A stretch of 64,000 bases of DNA from an uncultured Pseudomonadota bacterium. GTDB lineage: Bacteria > Oederibacteriota > Muellerivitia > Muellerivitales > Muellerivitaceae. The position numbers and the translations under genes were made by a program. The stretch's first letter is position 1, and each line of letters opens with the position of its first letter. Of this stretch, positions 32,406 through 40,793 are shown piece after piece. The notes below the pieces were generated by a model. That model did no database searches. It saw nothing but the letters and a program-made list of their open reading frames with translations, and had not been told where the DNA came from. The stretch lies in NCBI GenBank assembly GCA_963843375.1, contig CAWJKT010000006.1:96001-160000 (forward strand). The letters are read 5' to 3'.

Positions 32406-33032
32406 CTAGGGCCGTGCTTTAGAGTAGATGGCGTAAGTGCACTTGAGGGTGGCTTTATCCAGAACCAGGCCGGTCAAGGAGTTCACGACGTCCTTGCAGT
32501 TGAAGTTACCTTCGACTGGGCACCTCTTTTCCTTCAAGGCGTAAAGTGTGAAGATATAGGTGTGGAGTTTCTCATCGTTCCAGGGCGGAGCGGGACCGTC
32601 ATAGCCGGAGTAAGAGCCTTCCATGTTCGGGTTTCCCTTGTACCATTCGGTGAAATCGTTCACGGCATGTCGGGTACCGCGGGCGCCGGCCGGGCCGGTC
32701 TTACCCTTGACCGTGACCTCCTTGCTGAATTCGCCCGGCTGTATGAAGGTCTTGGTATCAAGATCCACCACCGCCCAATGGTAAAACTCGGTGCGGGGAT
32801 AGTCATAGGGGACCACCTTTCCCGCCTTGTTCACGAAATCACGGCTGGTCGGGGCATCGATGTCATGCATGACGAGGACGAGAGATTTGATGCCCTCCGG
32901 CATTTCGCCCCAGGCGAAATGGGGGTTGCGGTTCCTGGACAATTCCGCGTGGTGGCTGAGGTGAGGCTTGAGAAAGGTATATTCATCCCGCATACGGGAA
33001 CCGTCGCTGAAGCTATCGCTATAGAATCTCAT
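32406..33032 (-). CDS. YbhB/YbcL (PEBP/Raf kinase inhibitor-like) protein
   Basis: NRNPHFAW, HDIDAP, FYHW, GYDGPAPPWNDEKLHTY.FTLYAL. Confidence 0.9.
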   Translation of the reverse strand: MRFYSDSFSDGSRMRDEYTFLKPHLSHHAELSRNRNPHFAWGEMPEGIKSLVLVMHDIDAPTSRDFVNKAGKVVPYDYPRTEFYHWAVVDLDTKTFIQPGEFSKEVTVKGKTGPAGARGTRHAVNDFTEWYKGNPNMEGSYSGYDGPAPPWNDEKLHTYIFTLYALKEKRCPVEGNFNCKDVVNSLTGLVLDKATLKCTYAIYSKARP

Positions 33033-33513
33033 GAAAATCTCCTTGGTCCAGGGGTTTAATTGTCCTTATTGAAGCACGGCTCCCTTAAAAAACAAGCCTG
33101 AAGTGGACGACAAGGGACTTAAAATAAATCCGGTTTCACGGAACATTCCTAAAGTGTTATCGGGCAAAGCATATGACCCCCGACCGTTGCGGCGAAACTT
33201 TCGCCAGGTTTTAGGATCGTTCCTTTGGCAAATACGCTGAAAAATCGTCTTCGGTTCTGCGCCGGTTTTTGCCGGAAAGCCGATTGCCCCATAAAGCCTC
33301 AAAAAAACAAAGGGACTTGGCTGGAGTTTCCTTGTCCCCCTCCTAAATTAGAGGGAAAAACCAAATGTTGTGCGTGAATTCTCCATACAGAAACCTTTAA
33401 ACGGTAAACTGGCTTAAAACAATGCCCCTTGTTTTTAGTTTAAACCCTCGGCCTTTAAACCTCCTTTGGTTTAATTTCCTTTCTTATAAATGAACTACCA
33501 AATAAAAGCCTTA

Positions 33514-33522
33514 TGCTATAAT
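33514..33522 (+). promoter_or_regulatory. Extended -10 promoter (TGcTATAAT) for the 738-aa gene
   Basis: Perfect TGnTATAAT about 45 nt upstream of the ATG; GGAGG RBS at 33553-33557. Confidence 0.6.
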
Positions 33523-33566
33523 GACGCTCCCTAAGATTTCCATTTCTCCCCTGGAGGCTTCTTTAT

Positions 33567-35783
33567 ATGACCACTGCCACACAATCCGTCACCGGCACCC
33601 ATTACGAACAGCTCATGAAGGGTGTGGACAGCGAGGTCCGGAATAAGGTCGAGGACTTTATCCGCTTCTTCGCCAACGACGCTGATACTTCGGCCGTGGG
33701 GGAAAAATCCCGCTCGGATAAATTGCGCAACGCCTACAACGCGCTAGTGGATTACATCGTTTCCAACTTCCTGAACAACCTCAATCCCGAGCAATCCACC
33801 TTCCTTTGCACGGGGGCCATCGGTGACAGGATCACCGTCCAAACCGAGAAAGAGACCAAGGAAATCCAGCTTCTGTCGACCCCTTTTTATGAATCCCTCC
33901 TTAAATCATTTTCGGGCCGTAACCCCGAGACAATCCCCGCCCCCGCCTATTGCGTGGTCGACAAGTTCTTTGCCATCGCCCGCAACGAACTAGTCTCCTT
34001 TAAGATGGGCAAGGAGCGCGAGCGAGACCTGCGAAACGCCTCCGGTTCCGATACCAGCTACGTCAAGAACGAGTGGAAGCGCAAGATGAACCTGCTGCGA
34101 ACCGAGATCGGGATCTCCATCGGCCAAATGGATTCCAACTTCTCAAGGTTCATTGGTTCTTTTAACGAGGCTGCGGGAAAGAACGCCAAAAGCGCCATGG
34201 AGATCCTCAAGAAGGTGGCCGCCATTTGGGGCCGGGGCGATAACGTGAACGAACAGGAATTAGCCTTCCTCAAGGGTTTCGAAGGCAAGACCGGCCTGGC
34301 GGGCGGGGGCATGGCCAAATGGTTGGATGAGTTGCAGACCCAAATGGCGGTCATCGCCGAACACAGCCGACAGGTCGAGGAAAAATACCAGGTGATCCTC
34401 AAATGCCAGCAGGAAATGGCCAAGGCTGAAGTCATGATGCGCACCTCCCCTGTGGACGGCCAGAAGATCCGCAACGAGTGGAAGAGGAAGATGGACCAAG
34501 TCAAGGGCGAGATCGTTTTGTCCATCGGCCAGATCGATGCCAACTCACCTAAGGTTATCGCCGCCTTGAACGCCTCCGCCGGACAGAGCGCCAAAATCGC
34601 CATGGAGACTTTCCGGACCATCGCGGTCATCTGGACCAAGGGCGACAGCCTGACCGAACAGGACAAAGCCGCTCTAAGGGTTTCCGAGGGGAAGATCGGG
34701 TCAAGCGCTGCGGAACTGACAAAAGTGATCACGCCGATCATGCCGCTCATGGCCAAGATCTCCGAGAACGGCAAGCAAGTGGAGGAAAAATACCAGAGCG
34801 TGGCCAAGTGCCAACAGGAAATCGCCAACGCCGATTCCGGCCTGGCATCGGTGGCCCCACCCACTTCCGGACCCCTTTTCGAACAGGTTGTCATCGCGCA
34901 GATCAAAGCCGACATCGATACCACCAACAACGTCTGCGTGAAGCCGGCCGACACCTCCCCCATGAGGGTCCCCTTTTCCGCGGCCCGTATCCTACTGACC
35001 AAGCAGTTCCCAGACGAGGGCAACCCGATGGACAGCCTCTGTACCCCCCCCGCCGTCCTGGCCGCCCTGGAAAAAATCCTGAAGATTCACACCAACCTCT
35101 TCAACCGGGACTGGGAGGGAAAACACATCATCCCCCCCATCTTGATCGAACCCCTTCGCAACTTCGTGGATTTCTTCGAAGACCGGTTCGTCATGTCCTT
35201 CGTCTCCGGTGAAACCGTCCGTAAGGGCGCCTTCGTGACCTTCAACCCGATGGAGGTGCAGGTGTTACGCCTTTGCGCCCTTTACCTTACCAAGGATCCC
35301 ATTTATGACTACCGGGGCGAGGTGAGAACCGGGACTTTTATGGGCGACTACACGGGCAAGATCGAAAAGACGACCAAGGTCAAGTGGACCGGTCAGGACA
35401 AGAAGTTCTCCTTGGCGGCCACCCAAAGCATGCAGGACGAGGCCAGCCGCGACGACGCGATCGCCGACTATATCGATTTCATCAGCTCCATCGCCAACAA
35501 CATCGCACCCTCGCCCAAGCTCAGCAAGCGCAGGCTGGCGATCCTGTTGCGGTACGTGCTATTCGACGATGTCGTGAAGAACATCGCAGCCATCCTGAAG
35601 CTTGTGACCCAGACCGATCCGGGCGAGGCCAAGACCGCTATCCTGTCCTTCGCGAAGGACAACGTGGACGTGGCCAAGGACTTGGTCCGAGCGGCCGTAA
35701 AATCCGATCCCTTGGCTTCCAAGATGTTCAGCGACAACCCTGATTTCGCCATCATGAGGGTGTTTGGCGGCGCCAGCCGTTAA
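33567..35783 (+). CDS. Hypothetical 738-aa cytoplasmic protein with a 135-aa tandem duplication
   Basis: Long ORF with RBS, promoter and terminator; strongly C/G-ending codons; no recognised family. Confidence 0.9.
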   Translation: MTTATQSVTGTHYEQLMKGVDSEVRNKVEDFIRFFANDADTSAVGEKSRSDKLRNAYNALVDYIVSNFLNNLNPEQSTFLCTGAIGDRITVQTEKETKEIQLLSTPFYESLLKSFSGRNPETIPAPAYCVVDKFFAIARNELVSFKMGKERERDLRNASGSDTSYVKNEWKRKMNLLRTEIGISIGQMDSNFSRFIGSFNEAAGKNAKSAMEILKKVAAIWGRGDNVNEQELAFLKGFEGKTGLAGGGMAKWLDELQTQMAVIAEHSRQVEEKYQVILKCQQEMAKAEVMMRTSPVDGQKIRNEWKRKMDQVKGEIVLSIGQIDANSPKVIAALNASAGQSAKIAMETFRTIAVIWTKGDSLTEQDKAALRVSEGKIGSSAAELTKVITPIMPLMAKISENGKQVEEKYQSVAKCQQEIANADSGLASVAPPTSGPLFEQVVIAQIKADIDTTNNVCVKPADTSPMRVPFSAARILLTKQFPDEGNPMDSLCTPPAVLAALEKILKIHTNLFNRDWEGKHIIPPILIEPLRNFVDFFEDRFVMSFVSGETVRKGAFVTFNPMEVQVLRLCALYLTKDPIYDYRGEVRTGTFMGDYTGKIEKTTKVKWTGQDKKFSLAATQSMQDEASRDDAIADYIDFISSIANNIAPSPKLSKRRLAILLRYVLFDDVVKNIAAILKLVTQTDPGEAKTAILSFAKDNVDVAKDLVRAAVKSDPLASKMFSDNPDFAIMRVFGGASR

Positions 35784-35804
35784 GCCGAACCTCCAAGCCA
35801 TCCC

Positions 35805-35840
35805 AAAGTCCTTCCTGGTTCAGGAGGGACTTTTTGTTTT
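35805..35840 (+). terminator. Intrinsic terminator after the 738-aa gene
   Basis: AAAGTCCTTCCTG-GTT-CAGGAGGGACTTT followed by a T tract. Confidence 0.88.
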
Positions 35841-35958
35841 CCGACCCGCCGGTAAAATGGCAATCATTAACATTTCATAGGTTTATTTGAGAGGCGAAAG
35901 ACTTCATCCCTGCGTTTATAATAAAACTATCTTTGAAAAAAAACTTTGAAGGAGAGCT

Positions 35959-36504
35959 ATGGTTTCCCCCTCGGATATGAATTTAGTTTGGATGGACCTG
36001 GAGATGTCCGGTTTGGACCCAAAAACCTGCGTCATCCTGGAGATCGCGACCCTTATCACTGATAAGGATTTGAACCTGCTCGCTCAGGGACCAACCCTCG
36101 TGGTGCACCAACCCGACAGCATCTTGGACAACATGGATGATTGGAACAAAAAGCACCATAAGGAATCAGGACTAACCCAAGCGGTCAAGGACTCACAAAC
36201 CACCCTGGTCGAGGCTGAAAACCAGACTCTTGAATTCATTTCAAAACACTGCAAGGAAAAAAGCAGCCCCCTTTGCGGAAACACCATTTACCAGGACCGG
36301 CGCTTTTTGATCGAATACATGCCCAACCTGGAAAGTTACCTTCATTATCGATTAGTGGACGTGAGCACCATTAAGGAACTGGTAAAGAGATGGTATGGAC
36401 CCGAGTTCCAATCGCCTCAAAAAAAACAAAAACATAAAGCCTTGGATGATATCTTCGAAACCATTGAAGAACTAAAGTTCTACCGTAAATGCGTTTTCAA
36501 ATAA
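35959..36504 (+). CDS. orn: Oligoribonuclease
   Basis: LVWMDLEMSGLD, H..SGL, PLCGNTIYQDRRFL, HYRLVDVSTIKEL and HKALDDI. Confidence 0.95.
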   Translation: MVSPSDMNLVWMDLEMSGLDPKTCVILEIATLITDKDLNLLAQGPTLVVHQPDSILDNMDDWNKKHHKESGLTQAVKDSQTTLVEAENQTLEFISKHCKEKSSPLCGNTIYQDRRFLIEYMPNLESYLHYRLVDVSTIKELVKRWYGPEFQSPQKKQKHKALDDIFETIEELKFYRKCVFK

Positions 36505-36788
36505 AATCTTTTTCAATTTAGAAATTTGAAGATTTATCGATCAAGCGCCGTATTTAGTCCCTCGTTTGGCGTCTTTCGGTTTTAAAAAAGTTGGTTTTCA
36601 AAATTTAACCTAAAAATATTTTTAGTTTTTTTCTTTCACGGCAAACCGCAAACAGATTCCCTCTGGCACAAAATCTAAAACACTTTTTGGGTAAACATTT
36701 TCCTTAATATGCTCCATATTTGACTGTACGCTCACTCAACCCTCGTTTAATAATAATCGAACTACACACTTGAACGCCAAATCCCGTT

Positions 36789-37913
36789 TTGAAAAAACTG
36801 GAAATTACATTGCCTTCGAAAAAAGCCGGCGCATCTGAAAATGCGAGCCGCTTGGAACAAACTCAGAGTGAAACCTTGCGCGTGAGGATGGCTACCCTGA
36901 ACCAGGGGCTGATGTCCTTGTACCATGCGAGCGCTGAGCTTCAGTTTTCCAAACCTCTTTCTTCCTTACTTAAATCCATTCTGCGCGGCTTAAAAAGCGG
37001 CACCGGTATTAACCGGGCCGCTATTTTCATTAAAGATGAATCCTCTTTTAGCCTAAAAGGTTGCATGGGCATTGGCTTGAATGACAAAAAAATTCAAGAA
37101 ATGAACGTTCTATTGACGGTGGAAGAAGAGTCGGATCTCCTAAAAGCGGCCCAAACACCCATCCATCTCAAGGGGGCTAACTCGGTCCAGACAAGGTTAA
37201 ATCACCTGTTTGAAGAGGAACTCGACTTTAAATGCGCCTCCATGGTGGCGCTGGAAATCCGTGATCACTTGGTAGGGCTCTTGGTCTATGAACAATCCCA
37301 GGATTTGTTGCAGGAAGAAATTCTAATCATTTTTTCAAGACAAGCGGCTTTAACGATCGAGAACGCAAAACTTTTCGCAAAAGTGGAGGAAATGGCCCTT
37401 CGGGACATCCTCACCGGCCTTTACAATCGCCGATACTTTCATCAAATCCTGGATTATGAACTCAATCGGGCCAAACGGTATCATCAACCCCTGTCTCTGG
37501 TTTTTATCGACTTGGATCATTTCAAGGAAATCAATGATAGCTTCGGACATTCCGTCGGCGACCAGTTTCTAAAGCAAATTGCCCAAAAACTCCAATCGCT
37601 TTTTAGAACCACCGACTTGGTTGCCCGATATGCGGGTGATGAATTTGTCGCGGTTCTTCCGGGGACCAACAGCGAAGGCGCAATGATTTTGGCCCGTCGC
37701 CTGCAAGAATCCCTGGGGAGCTACCAGATTATGGCCCGGGGCAGAACCCTTCAAGTTTCAGTTAGCATTGGCGTGGACACTTATGATGGAACTGATGGAA
37801 TTGGCGGGGTAACTTTCATCGACCGGGCCGACAAAGCGATGTACGAAGCAAAAGCGAATGGCCGAAATTGCGTGAAAAGCTTTCAAGAACTTCCGAAAGT
37901 CTTTGTCAATTAA
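36789..37913 (+). CDS. GAF-domain diguanylate cyclase (AGDEF variant)
   Basis: GAF ending in AALTIENAKLF; D.LTGLYNRR, DLDHFKEIND.FGH..GD, RTTD I-site, YAGDEF, ADKAMYEAK. Confidence 0.9.
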   Translation: MKKLEITLPSKKAGASENASRLEQTQSETLRVRMATLNQGLMSLYHASAELQFSKPLSSLLKSILRGLKSGTGINRAAIFIKDESSFSLKGCMGIGLNDKKIQEMNVLLTVEEESDLLKAAQTPIHLKGANSVQTRLNHLFEEELDFKCASMVALEIRDHLVGLLVYEQSQDLLQEEILIIFSRQAALTIENAKLFAKVEEMALRDILTGLYNRRYFHQILDYELNRAKRYHQPLSLVFIDLDHFKEINDSFGHSVGDQFLKQIAQKLQSLFRTTDLVARYAGDEFVAVLPGTNSEGAMILARRLQESLGSYQIMARGRTLQVSVSIGVDTYDGTDGIGGVTFIDRADKAMYEAKANGRNCVKSFQELPKVFVN

Positions 37914-37942
37914 TTCCCGCCTCAACCCTTCTAATATATCCT

Positions 37943-39463
37943 TCAACCAATAGCAAAAAGTTTTTTCTGGTTATTGGACAAAGAGGGATTCTCCTCCAAA
38001 ACCTTAATTGTTTGTAACCGTCCATCCGACTGGCCATTGATTCGGGCTCCCGAATCCAAAACATTCATTAGATAACTATAGATTTCCTGGGTGATAACCT
38101 CCCCGGGACAAAGAACCGGGATACCCGGGGGATAGGGACAGACAATTTCCGCGCATGTTTTCCCCACCGACCGTTTAAACGGAATTTTACGCGTTAATTT
38201 GGTCAAAGCTTCGCGGGGATTCACTTCTTTACGGGGGATAAAGCTCGGAAAAACGATCCTTTTGCGTTTCTTTTGGTTCATAAACATGTCTTTATAATCC
38301 ACCACAATTTTTCTTAAGGCTTTCACAAACTTCTTCAACTCCTTGGGGGTGTTCCCGATGGAAACAAAAAGAAGGACATTCTGAAAGTCGGCCATCTCAG
38401 TCTGGATTCCGTACTCGGAGTTCAATATCTTTGCCATGTCATATCCCGAGCATGGAAGACCTTTGGTTGAAACAGTAAGTTTCGTCACATCCAAATCCAA
38501 GTTCGGAATTTTACGGACCTGCTCTCGGGTGAGACAGGCTAACCCCGGTATTTTATTGACCTCATTTCGGGTTTCTTCGCACATCTCAATCACTTCACCC
38601 AGGGCTTTTTCCCCGCCTTGGACCATTTGATAACGTGATAAATCCAAAGAGCCAAGAATCACATAGGAAGGACTGGTCGTCTGGAGCATTTGAAGTGTTG
38701 TTTTGAGTCTTAAAATATCGACCCGAACCCCCTTCACATGGAGCATGGATCCTTGACTTAACGCCGCCAAATGTTTGTGGGTGGATTGAACGCACATGTC
38801 GGCCCCGGAATCAATCGCCGCTTTGGGAAAGGAAGGGTGAAAATGAAGGTGCGCTCCGTGGGCCTCGTCCACTAAAAGGATTTTGTCGTATCGATGGACG
38901 ATTTCGGCTATCGCTTCAACGTCGGTGGTTAAACCAAAGTAAGTCGGGTTCGTCACCAGGACGGCTTTGGCGTCAGGATTTTGGCGACAGGCCTCCTCCA
39001 CCTGCTCGGGGGTCAGATTTAAAATCAAATCGGAATTTTCATCGATTTTCGGCATGATATAAACCGGTTCGGCACCGGCAAGGATAACCGCCGAAATGAC
39101 CGATTTATGGGCGTTACGGGGAATAATAATTTTATCCCCCGGATCGCAAACGGACAAAATCATGGCTTGGTTTCCGCCCGTGGTTCCATTGACTAGGAAA
39201 AAGGAATAATCCGCCCCATAGGCTTTCGCGGCCAATATTTGAGCTTCCTTGATGACGGAACTGGGCTCATGAAGCGAATCAACCTCGCTCATGACCGAAA
39301 GGTCGAGTCGGAACACCTTATCCCCTACAAATTGGCGGAATACCTTCGGCATTCCCTGACCATGCTTATGCCCAGGTGTATGGAATGAAATTTTATTTTC
39401 GTTGGCGTATCGAACAATTGCGTCAAAAAGCGGGGTTTTGTCTTGGCCGTCATAGAGTGACAT
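37943..39463 (-). CDS. PLP-dependent fold-type I Arg/Lys/Orn decarboxylase (Bacillus SpeA-like)
   Basis: FHTPGHKHG, LVNGTTGGNQ, RNAHKS, VDEAHGAH, QSTHK (PLP Lys), TTSPSY and PYPPGIP. Confidence 0.92.
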   Translation of the reverse strand: MSLYDGQDKTPLFDAIVRYANENKISFHTPGHKHGQGMPKVFRQFVGDKVFRLDLSVMSEVDSLHEPSSVIKEAQILAAKAYGADYSFFLVNGTTGGNQAMILSVCDPGDKIIIPRNAHKSVISAVILAGAEPVYIMPKIDENSDLILNLTPEQVEEACRQNPDAKAVLVTNPTYFGLTTDVEAIAEIVHRYDKILLVDEAHGAHLHFHPSFPKAAIDSGADMCVQSTHKHLAALSQGSMLHVKGVRVDILRLKTTLQMLQTTSPSYVILGSLDLSRYQMVQGGEKALGEVIEMCEETRNEVNKIPGLACLTREQVRKIPNLDLDVTKLTVSTKGLPCSGYDMAKILNSEYGIQTEMADFQNVLLFVSIGNTPKELKKFVKALRKIVVDYKDMFMNQKKRKRIVFPSFIPRKEVNPREALTKLTRKIPFKRSVGKTCAEIVCPYPPGIPVLCPGEVITQEIYSYLMNVLDSGARINGQSDGRLQTIKVLEENPSLSNNQKKLFAIG

Positions 39464-40408
39464 TTATTTGGAATTCTTCTCCTCTCCTATAAATCGATAG
39501 GTCAAGGGTTTATTATCCCGGATAATATCCTTAATTCTTGAAAAGCCATCCCGAATATACTTAGGGACGAAAAAAATGCCTTCATGAGTTTCCCCGTCGT
39601 AATATTTTAAGGGGCCCACTTTGCGTTCCTTCAACACACGGTTAACGTAATCCCTTTTCAGGGCTTTGGGATCCATCGTCTTGGAAGCCATGGTAAAACT
39701 CCAGGGAATATCAAAAGACGGGACATTAGCCGGCCAAGAATAAACCATGGGGAAAACTTTTTTCAAGGTATTATGAACCGCCGCAAGACAGCGAAGTTCC
39801 TTCTCTGCCGAGCAACCCGATTGAAGGGCAACCATTCCGTTTTCCGAGAGTTTGCTGGACACCATCCGGTAGAATTCCTCGGTATAAAGAAGGTATGCTG
39901 GCCCCGCTTCCACCGGCTCGGGTATATCAATGATGATAACGTCGAATTTTTCTTTGCTTTTTTCCAAAAATTTACGGCCGTCTTTAAACATCAAGGTTGT
40001 TCTTTTGTCCTTAAAGGCTCCCCGATGCCATTCGGGCATATATTCATCACAAAGTTCCACAACCCTCTTGTCGATATCGATCATCCAGGCTTTTTCAACC
40101 GTTTTATGGCGAAGTACTTCATAAAGAGTGGCGCCTTCCCCGCCCCCGATAATGACTACATTTTTCGGATTAGGACAGGTCACCATGGCCGGATGCACCA
40201 GATTTTCGTGATAAATAAACTCATCCACTTGAGCTGATTGCATATGGCCATCTAAGATCAGGCATTTGCCATAATGGTTGGATTGAATGACTTCTACTTT
40301 TTGAAAGGGCGTCTTTTCGGAGGCGTAAATTTTAGAAATGCCGCGCATATGAGCCTCGTCAGGCGCATAAAACTCTATATGCCAATGCGGACTAATGGTG
40401 TCGGTCAT
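39464..40408 (-). CDS. speE: Polyamine aminopropyltransferase
   Basis: LDGHMQS..DEFIYHE.LVHP, IIGGGEGAT and D.PEP..GPA..LYT.EFY; abuts the decarboxylase gene. Confidence 0.93.
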   Translation of the reverse strand: MTDTISPHWHIEFYAPDEAHMRGISKIYASEKTPFQKVEVIQSNHYGKCLILDGHMQSAQVDEFIYHENLVHPAMVTCPNPKNVVIIGGGEGATLYEVLRHKTVEKAWMIDIDKRVVELCDEYMPEWHRGAFKDKRTTLMFKDGRKFLEKSKEKFDVIIIDIPEPVEAGPAYLLYTEEFYRMVSSKLSENGMVALQSGCSAEKELRCLAAVHNTLKKVFPMVYSWPANVPSFDIPWSFTMASKTMDPKALKRDYVNRVLKERKVGPLKYYDGETHEGIFFVPKYIRDGFSRIKDIIRDNKPLTYRFIGEEKNSK

Positions 40409-40503
40409 GAAAGAAAGTCTCCAATCGGAGTATTTTATAAAATTAAAATAAGGGTCTTTTTGTGTATCCTAAAGAACTAGAAAATTTCTTCAAATTAAGA
40501 AAC

Positions 40504-40543
40504 AAAAAAAAAGCGAGACGTTAAATAGGTGTTAACGGCTCGC
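40504..40543 (-). terminator. Intrinsic terminator inside the speE 5' leader (attenuator)
   Basis: RNA reads GCGAG-C-CGUUAA-CACCUAU-UUAACG-U-CUCGC-U9; no annotated minus-strand gene ends upstream of it. Confidence 0.85.
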
Positions 40544-40657
40544 TGCTGTCGTGGCTAAAGGTAGATTGGCGAATTGCCTCTGTGGGAGTTGTATAAAAAC
40601 CACGCTTCACTTTCTTCGAAGTTACAAAATCCGAGCGATTTTCTATGAACTTTCTCA

Positions 40658-40685
40658 AGTATAAAACGATACATTATACTGTCAA
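40658..40685 (-). promoter_or_regulatory. Sigma70 promoter of the speE operon (TTGACA-N16-TATACT)
   Basis: Near-consensus -35 and -10 boxes on the minus strand. Confidence 0.75.
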
Positions 40686-40793
40686 GAAAAAAGATGTGTT
40701 TTTGCCGCAATTTTGAAAAATGAATTAAATTTTTTAAAATTATTCATTCGATTTTTTCGAAGAAGAAATAATTTCATAAAAAAGGACACACCT

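Noticed and set aside
33066..33480. Several short hairpins, a repeated ACAA(A)GGGACTT and a 78-aa ORF between the ybhB-like gene and the 738-aa gene
   Set aside because: No recognisable riboswitch consensus, no convincing terminator or RBS; insufficient support.
34058..35023. 321-aa minus-strand ORF and other long antisense ORFs (for example 50153..51274 and 25924..26598)
   Set aside because: They lie opposite well-supported genes with strong codon bias and show no motifs or RBS.
36638..36680. GGCAAACC upstream of the diguanylate cyclase, resembling the start of a c-di-GMP-I riboswitch
   Set aside because: It lacks the GNRA-capped P2 and the following GCAAAGC/P3 elements.
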